Shown here piece after piece: positions 59,911-64,000 of a stretch of DNA of 64,000 bases. Numbering within the stretch: position 1 is the first letter of the stretch; each line of letters begins with the position of its first letter. The DNA is taken from NCBI GenBank assembly GCA_944350425.1, contig CALVOX010000001.1, positions 106,212-170,211 of the forward strand. The letters are read 5' to 3'. The notes beneath the pieces were generated by a model. That model was given only the letters and a program-made list of their open reading frames with translations. It was not told the origin of the DNA and searched no databases. The position numbers were made by a program, and so were the translations under genes. Source of the DNA: an uncultured Bacilli bacterium. GTDB taxonomy: Bacteria; Bacillota_I; Bacilli_A; RFN20; CAG-826.

Positions 59911-60876
59911 TTAAATATTCAATAAAAACATCTCAAAAGCAAAAAAACGATCTACTTCACTTGTTTTAATCGATTTGTCTAATAAATAGAGTTTGTCAAA
60001 AATAGTCAGAACTATTTTATTATTAAAACCTTTTAAATTTCTTAAAGAAATGGTAACTCTAAATGGATTAACATTTAAAGTATTGGCGATTTCGTCGTCG
60101 CTTTTCTTCAAACTTTTTAAAAATAAGATTTGATCATAGAAAATAAAATTAGTTGTTAAAGCATTAATTAATCTTACAGGTTCAACATTTTTAACTTTTA
60201 AATTGTTATATGCATCGAAAATTAGTTTTTTATTATTTTTTAAAATCGCATCAGATAATTCAAAAAAGTTATCATCAATTGTTTTTGCTGAAATTTTTTT
60301 AATATCTTCAACATTAATTTCGTGATTTTCCATTTTAAAAAGCATTAATTTATTAGCTTCATTTTCGAAAGTAAATAAATCGTTATTTACATATTCATAA
60401 AGCAAATTAATCGCTTCTAGTGAAATTGAATATTTTTTTGCAGCAAAAAATTTAGCAATATAATCAATAAATGTTGGTTTGTTTACTTGTTTAAATGGAT
60501 AAATTTTCTCATTTTCTTCGAAATATTTAGCGATTTTAGATTTAGTTAAAAGACGATCATTGTTAGTAATTAATACAACCATTACATCTTCAACTTTGTT
60601 TTTTAAGAAAGAAAGAAATTCATCAACTTCTTTTTGGACAAGTTTTTTGTTTTCTTTATCGACCGATAAAAAGTCAGAATCATAAAAAAGAACGATTTTT
60701 TTCGAGAAAAACGATAATCCAGTTTGAGCTAGTTCATCTAAAAATTTATTAAATCCATCTTCTAAATAGTTTAATTTAATAATATTTTTTTCTTCGTCTT
60801 TAAAAAAGTTTGAAATAAGTTTATTAATTTGTTTATTGATTAAGAATTCTTCTTTACCGTATAAAATAAAATTCAT
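59911..60876 (-). CDS. holA: DNA polymerase III delta subunit
   Basis: Length 321 aa, located directly downstream of comEC with rpsT divergent (Bacillus comEC-holA/rpsT synteny). It has a clamp-loader delta-like N-terminus. Confidence 0.6.
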   Translation of the reverse strand: MNFILYGKEEFLINKQINKLISNFFKDEEKNIIKLNYLEDGFNKFLDELAQTGLSFFSKKIVLFYDSDFLSVDKENKKLVQKEVDEFLSFLKNKVEDVMVVLITNNDRLLTKSKIAKYFEENEKIYPFKQVNKPTFIDYIAKFFAAKKYSISLEAINLLYEYVNNDLFTFENEANKLMLFKMENHEINVEDIKKISAKTIDDNFFELSDAILKNNKKLIFDAYNNLKVKNVEPVRLINALTTNFIFYDQILFLKSLKKSDDEIANTLNVNPFRVTISLRNLKGFNNKIVLTIFDKLYLLDKSIKTSEVDRFFAFEMFLLNI

Positions 60877-60890
60877 GTAATAATTTTACA

Positions 60891-62915
60891 CTAAACAAAA
60901 ATATTTTTGTATGTAATACTTCCTTCAAGATCAGTTCTTCTTATCCTTGCATTAACTTTCTTTAAATTAGTCAAAGTTTCTTCGTTTGGATGATGATAAA
61001 TATTATTTTTTCCACATGATATAACTGCTTCTTTTGGAGTTATGACCTTTAAGAAATCTAAAGAAGACGAAGTTTTAGAACCATGATGTCCAACTTTTAA
61101 AACATCTATATCTAAAGTCGGATTATCCTTTATTATTTGGTCTTCAATTTTACTTGGCGCATCTCCCATTATAAGAAATGATGTATCATTGAGTTCAAAT
61201 TTTAGTACTAATGATTTGTCATTTTCTTCATCCCATAGCTCGTTATAAACATTTAAATTTTTAACTTTAAATATTGATGATTCAAATTCATCAAAATTTG
61301 AATAATCATAAACATTGCCTACTTTAAAATGGCTCGCTAAAGATTCGTATCCTCCACTATGATCAAAATCATAATGGGTTATAAACACTGCATCTAAAGA
61401 ATAAATTCTATTTTTCTTTAAAAAAGGAATTAAAGAGTTAGTTGCAATATCATTATAAGTTAATCCGCCAGTATCAATTAAATAGGAATGATTATTAATC
61501 CTTACTAAAGTCGAATCGCCTTGCCCAACATTAAGAAAAGTTACTTGATAAGTAAGACTATTTTCTAATGGAATAATATATAAAATAAGCAAACTTAGTT
61601 CAAATAAAACAATTGGAATCAACTTTCTTTTATGTTTTATCTCAAAATAATAAAAGAAAAGAATGAATAAAGCATAATAAATTAAATATAATAACGAACT
61701 AAATTCGGGAACATGTATATTTAAATTTAATTTATCAAAAAGAATTATAAATTCCGTTAAATATTTTAAGATAAAATCGACAGCATTATATGGTAAAAAG
61801 AAAAATGATAATACCCCAATTATGAAGATTAATTTATTTAAAGGGGAAATAATAAAGATGATTATTATCGATAAAATATTGAAAGAATAATTATTTGAGA
61901 TAGTAAAAGGAAGGACAATTAAAAAGATAACTATTTGCATTAGAAACTTCTTTTCAATGTTTTTAAAATTATTAAAATTATTTCCTATAAGAGCTAATAA
62001 ATAATAAATTGTAAATGATATGTAGAATGAAGACTGAAATACAATTCTTGGTGAAAACAAAATAAACACTAATCCAACTAAAGAAATAACTTCAATTCGT
62101 TCGAATCTTCTATTTAAATAAAACTTATTAACAAAATTAAATAAATAAAATGCAATTACACGAATTACAACGAATTTATTTAAATTAATTAATAAAAAAG
62201 GTAGAAAAGTTAAAAACGCTAAAATTGTACTTTCTTTTTCTTCATACTTTAAAAAATACAATTTTTTTAATGAATATAATGCAAAATTTAAATAAGTGCC
62301 TGTTAAAGAAATTATTGCAATAACTTGTATTTCTCTTAAAGCGTTAATTTTTTCATTATCATAAACAGAATAGGAAAATAAAATTGAGCTTAAATAGTCC
62401 CTTACAAGGTCATCTTTAAATTGATTCAAAAAGTTTGTTTTTAAAAAGTAATTTCCAAAAGGAAAATTAAAAACATAACTTATTTCTTCACTATTAATCT
62501 CAAAATCTACATTTTTAGAGAATAAATAATAATTAAAATTAAATTGTGATTCTAAAGTTACAAAATCGATTCTACTTTTTGACCCTATAACTTTGATTAT
62601 GTCTAACAAATCATATGTTGATTCTTTATCAACTTTTAAGTAAAAAGTTTCAAGACCATTAAAAACTAAACAATAACCTTCTTTTCTTTCAATAACTAAA
62701 TAATATGAATTATCTAAATGAATAAATTTACTAATTAAGCATATAGTTAAGATAATTAAACTTATTAAAACAATATAATAAATTAGTTTTTTCTTCTTAA
62801 TTCTAAAAATTAACAAGTATAAAAGTAAAACTAAAAAGAATGCCCCTAAAACATAGTTTCCAAAAAACAATAAAGGAACTATTAAAGCACTTAAAAATAG
62901 AGCAAAAAGACTCAT
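60891..62915 (-). CDS. comEC: DNA internalization channel protein ComEC/Rec2
   Basis: Polytopic membrane competence domain plus a C-terminal metallo-beta-lactamase domain (HYDFDHSGG). Length 674 aa. Confidence 0.78.
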   Translation of the reverse strand: MSLFALFLSALIVPLLFFGNYVLGAFFLVLLLYLLIFRIKKKKLIYYIVLISLIILTICLISKFIHLDNSYYLVIERKEGYCLVFNGLETFYLKVDKESTYDLLDIIKVIGSKSRIDFVTLESQFNFNYYLFSKNVDFEINSEEISYVFNFPFGNYFLKTNFLNQFKDDLVRDYLSSILFSYSVYDNEKINALREIQVIAIISLTGTYLNFALYSLKKLYFLKYEEKESTILAFLTFLPFLLINLNKFVVIRVIAFYLFNFVNKFYLNRRFERIEVISLVGLVFILFSPRIVFQSSFYISFTIYYLLALIGNNFNNFKNIEKKFLMQIVIFLIVLPFTISNNYSFNILSIIIIFIISPLNKLIFIIGVLSFFFLPYNAVDFILKYLTEFIILFDKLNLNIHVPEFSSLLYLIYYALFILFFYYFEIKHKRKLIPIVLFELSLLILYIIPLENSLTYQVTFLNVGQGDSTLVRINNHSYLIDTGGLTYNDIATNSLIPFLKKNRIYSLDAVFITHYDFDHSGGYESLASHFKVGNVYDYSNFDEFESSIFKVKNLNVYNELWDEENDKSLVLKFELNDTSFLIMGDAPSKIEDQIIKDNPTLDIDVLKVGHHGSKTSSSLDFLKVITPKEAVISCGKNNIYHHPNEETLTNLKKVNARIRRTDLEGSITYKNIFV

Positions 62916-62918
62916 TAT

Positions 62919-63473
62919 CTAAGCATTCTTAAGCATTATTTCATTTTTCATTTTTGAAAATGTTGCATTGCCTATACCATCAACATTTTTTAAATCTTCT
63001 AAAGTATAAAATTGTCCGTTTTCTTCGCGATATTGATAAATTTTATTAGCTATAGTCTCTCCTACTCCAGAAATTGAATCAAGTTCATCAACACTTGCTT
63101 CATTAATATTAACTTTTTCAATAATATTATTCCCGCAAACATCATCAAGTTCGAATTTTGACGGAATAAAATAAGATTCATTATCTTTTAAAGGTGCTTC
63201 AAAAAAATAACAACGATCATCTGCACTATCAGTTACTCCTCCGGCTAGTTCTATTAAATCAGCCATTGTTGCACCTTCATCTAAAGTATAGTTATTTGGT
63301 GAAGCTACATCTCCTGTAATTCCAACAGTAATTGTATCGCTTCCTGTTAAAGAACCATCTATTGATATACCCCCACCATTTCCATTACTTTCTAAATTAG
63401 GGTCAATTGCTTTCATAACTACTAACCCAACAATAGTCAAAAGAACACCGATTATAACGACTTTGCCTAACAT
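62919..63473 (-). CDS. comEA: DNA-binding competence protein ComEA (helix-hairpin-helix)
   Basis: N-terminal TM segment, then C-terminal tandem HhH motifs (VNINEASVDELDSISGVGETIANKI ... LKNVDGIGNATFSKM). Confidence 0.72.
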   Translation of the reverse strand: MLGKVVIIGVLLTIVGLVVMKAIDPNLESNGNGGGISIDGSLTGSDTITVGITGDVASPNNYTLDEGATMADLIELAGGVTDSADDRCYFFEAPLKDNESYFIPSKFELDDVCGNNIIEKVNINEASVDELDSISGVGETIANKIYQYREENGQFYTLEDLKNVDGIGNATFSKMKNEIMLKNA

Positions 63474-63477
63474 AAAA

Positions 63478-63520
63478 AACCTCCATCTATATACAAGAAT
63501 GGTTTGATGGAGGTTTTTTA
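63478..63520 (-). terminator. Rho-independent terminator of greA, overlapping the comEA RBS
   Basis: A 10-bp stem aacctccatc / gatggaggtt with a T6 tail on the minus strand. The 3' arm contains the comEA GGAGG Shine-Dalgarno sequence. Confidence 0.6.
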
Positions 63521-63541
63521 TCTCTCTAAAATTAAATTTTT

Positions 63542-64000
63542 TTAAATAATTTCTAAAATTTCTACTTCGTATGGATGAGTAGCGTTAACAGTTACTTTTT
63601 CACCAACTCTACTTCCAATTAATGCTTGACCTAAAGCACATTCATTTGAAATTCTCATGTTATTAGGATCAGATAATGGATCAGCTTCAATAGAAGAAAC
63701 AATTTTAACTGTAAATTCTTTATTTAAAGCAACATCTCTAAATTTAACTGTTGAAGAAATTCTAACGTCGTTCTTCTTTTTGCTTTCACTAACAACTTTA
63801 GCATTAGCTAAAATTGCTTCGATTTCTTTAATTCTAGCTTCAACTTCTGCTTGTTTAGTTCTTGCAGCATCATAATCAGCATTTTCAGAAAGGTCGCCCA
63901 TTGCTCTAGCATTTTGTAAAGCTTCGATAACTTGAGGTCTTTCTTCATCAATTAATCTTCTATATTCTTTTTGTAAATCTTCTAAACCTTCTTGGGTTAA
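63542..64000 (-). CDS. greA: Transcription elongation factor GreA. The N-terminus continues beyond the window end.
   Basis: The frame is open to the window edge and reads ...LTQEGLEDLQKEYRRLIDEERPQVIEALQNARAMGDLSENADYDAAR... The C-terminal FKBP-like domain is present. Confidence 0.85.
   Translation of the reverse strand, partial: LTQEGLEDLQKEYRRLIDEERPQVIEALQNARAMGDLSENADYDAARTKQAEVEARIKEIEAILANAKVVSESKKKNDVRISSTVKFRDVALNKEFTVKIVSSIEADPLSDPNNMRISNECALGQALIGSRVGEKVTVNATHPYEVEILEII

Noticed and set aside
63657-63875. 72-aa + strand ORF inside greA
   Set aside because: It is antisense to the greA C-terminal domain.
1-64000. Search for tRNA or rRNA genes, CRISPR repeats, IS elements or prophage genes
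   Set aside because: No GC-rich structured segments of about 75 nt stand out in the intergenic regions. I saw no direct-repeat arrays and no transposase or phage-integrase genes. The only tyrosine recombinase is a core Xer with a cognate dif site.

Overview
This 64 kb window is a gene-dense, very AT-rich (about 27-28% GC by eye) core chromosomal segment. The organism looks like a low-GC Bacillota or Mollicutes-like bacterium (Acholeplasma-like or Erysipelotrichia-like) that uses the standard stop set: TGA is a stop and Trp is TGG. Gene order closely matches Bacillus subtilis house-keeping operons: secDF-recJ-relA-hisS-aspS; tkt; asp23-nusB-xseA-xseB; dinB-xer-deoB; yqeG-yqeH-yhbY-yqeK; parE-parC next to plsY/yneF; rpmG; ispG/nfo/ispH; glyQS-dnaG-sigA-trmK; recO-era-(ybeY/cdd); rpsU/deoC/rpmF/mtaB/rsmE; hrcA-grpE-dnaK-dnaJ with CIRCE; lepA; fmt; rpsT; holA-comEC-comEA; greA. 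Genes run on the + strand from 1 to about 18.7 kb and mostly on the - strand after that. A dif-like Xer recombination site sits at the switch point, which suggests the replication terminus. I found no tRNA or rRNA genes, CRISPR arrays, IS elements or prophage genes. Non-canonical items worth follow-up are listed here. (1) An apparently solitary MazF/PemK-like endoribonuclease toxin homolog with an N-terminal extension and no adjacent antitoxin, right next to the dif site. (2) A RecB-family PD-(D/E)xK nuclease fused to an XPD/DinG-like Fe-S helicase, translationally coupled to fmt. (3) A peptidase-C39 domain fused to a truncated ABC-type membrane domain with no ATPase. (4) A degenerate Fic-like protein plus a small membrane protein inserted between lepA and hemW. 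(5) A YbeY-cytidine deaminase fusion. (6) A Cys/His-rich metal-binding tail on HisRS. (7) A deoB-lipoprotein-NitT/TauT permease operon with no ATPase. (8) Tandem CIRCE operators. (9) An rpsU gene missed by the ORF track. All assignments rest on motif recognition and synteny read directly from the sequence; no database searches were run.
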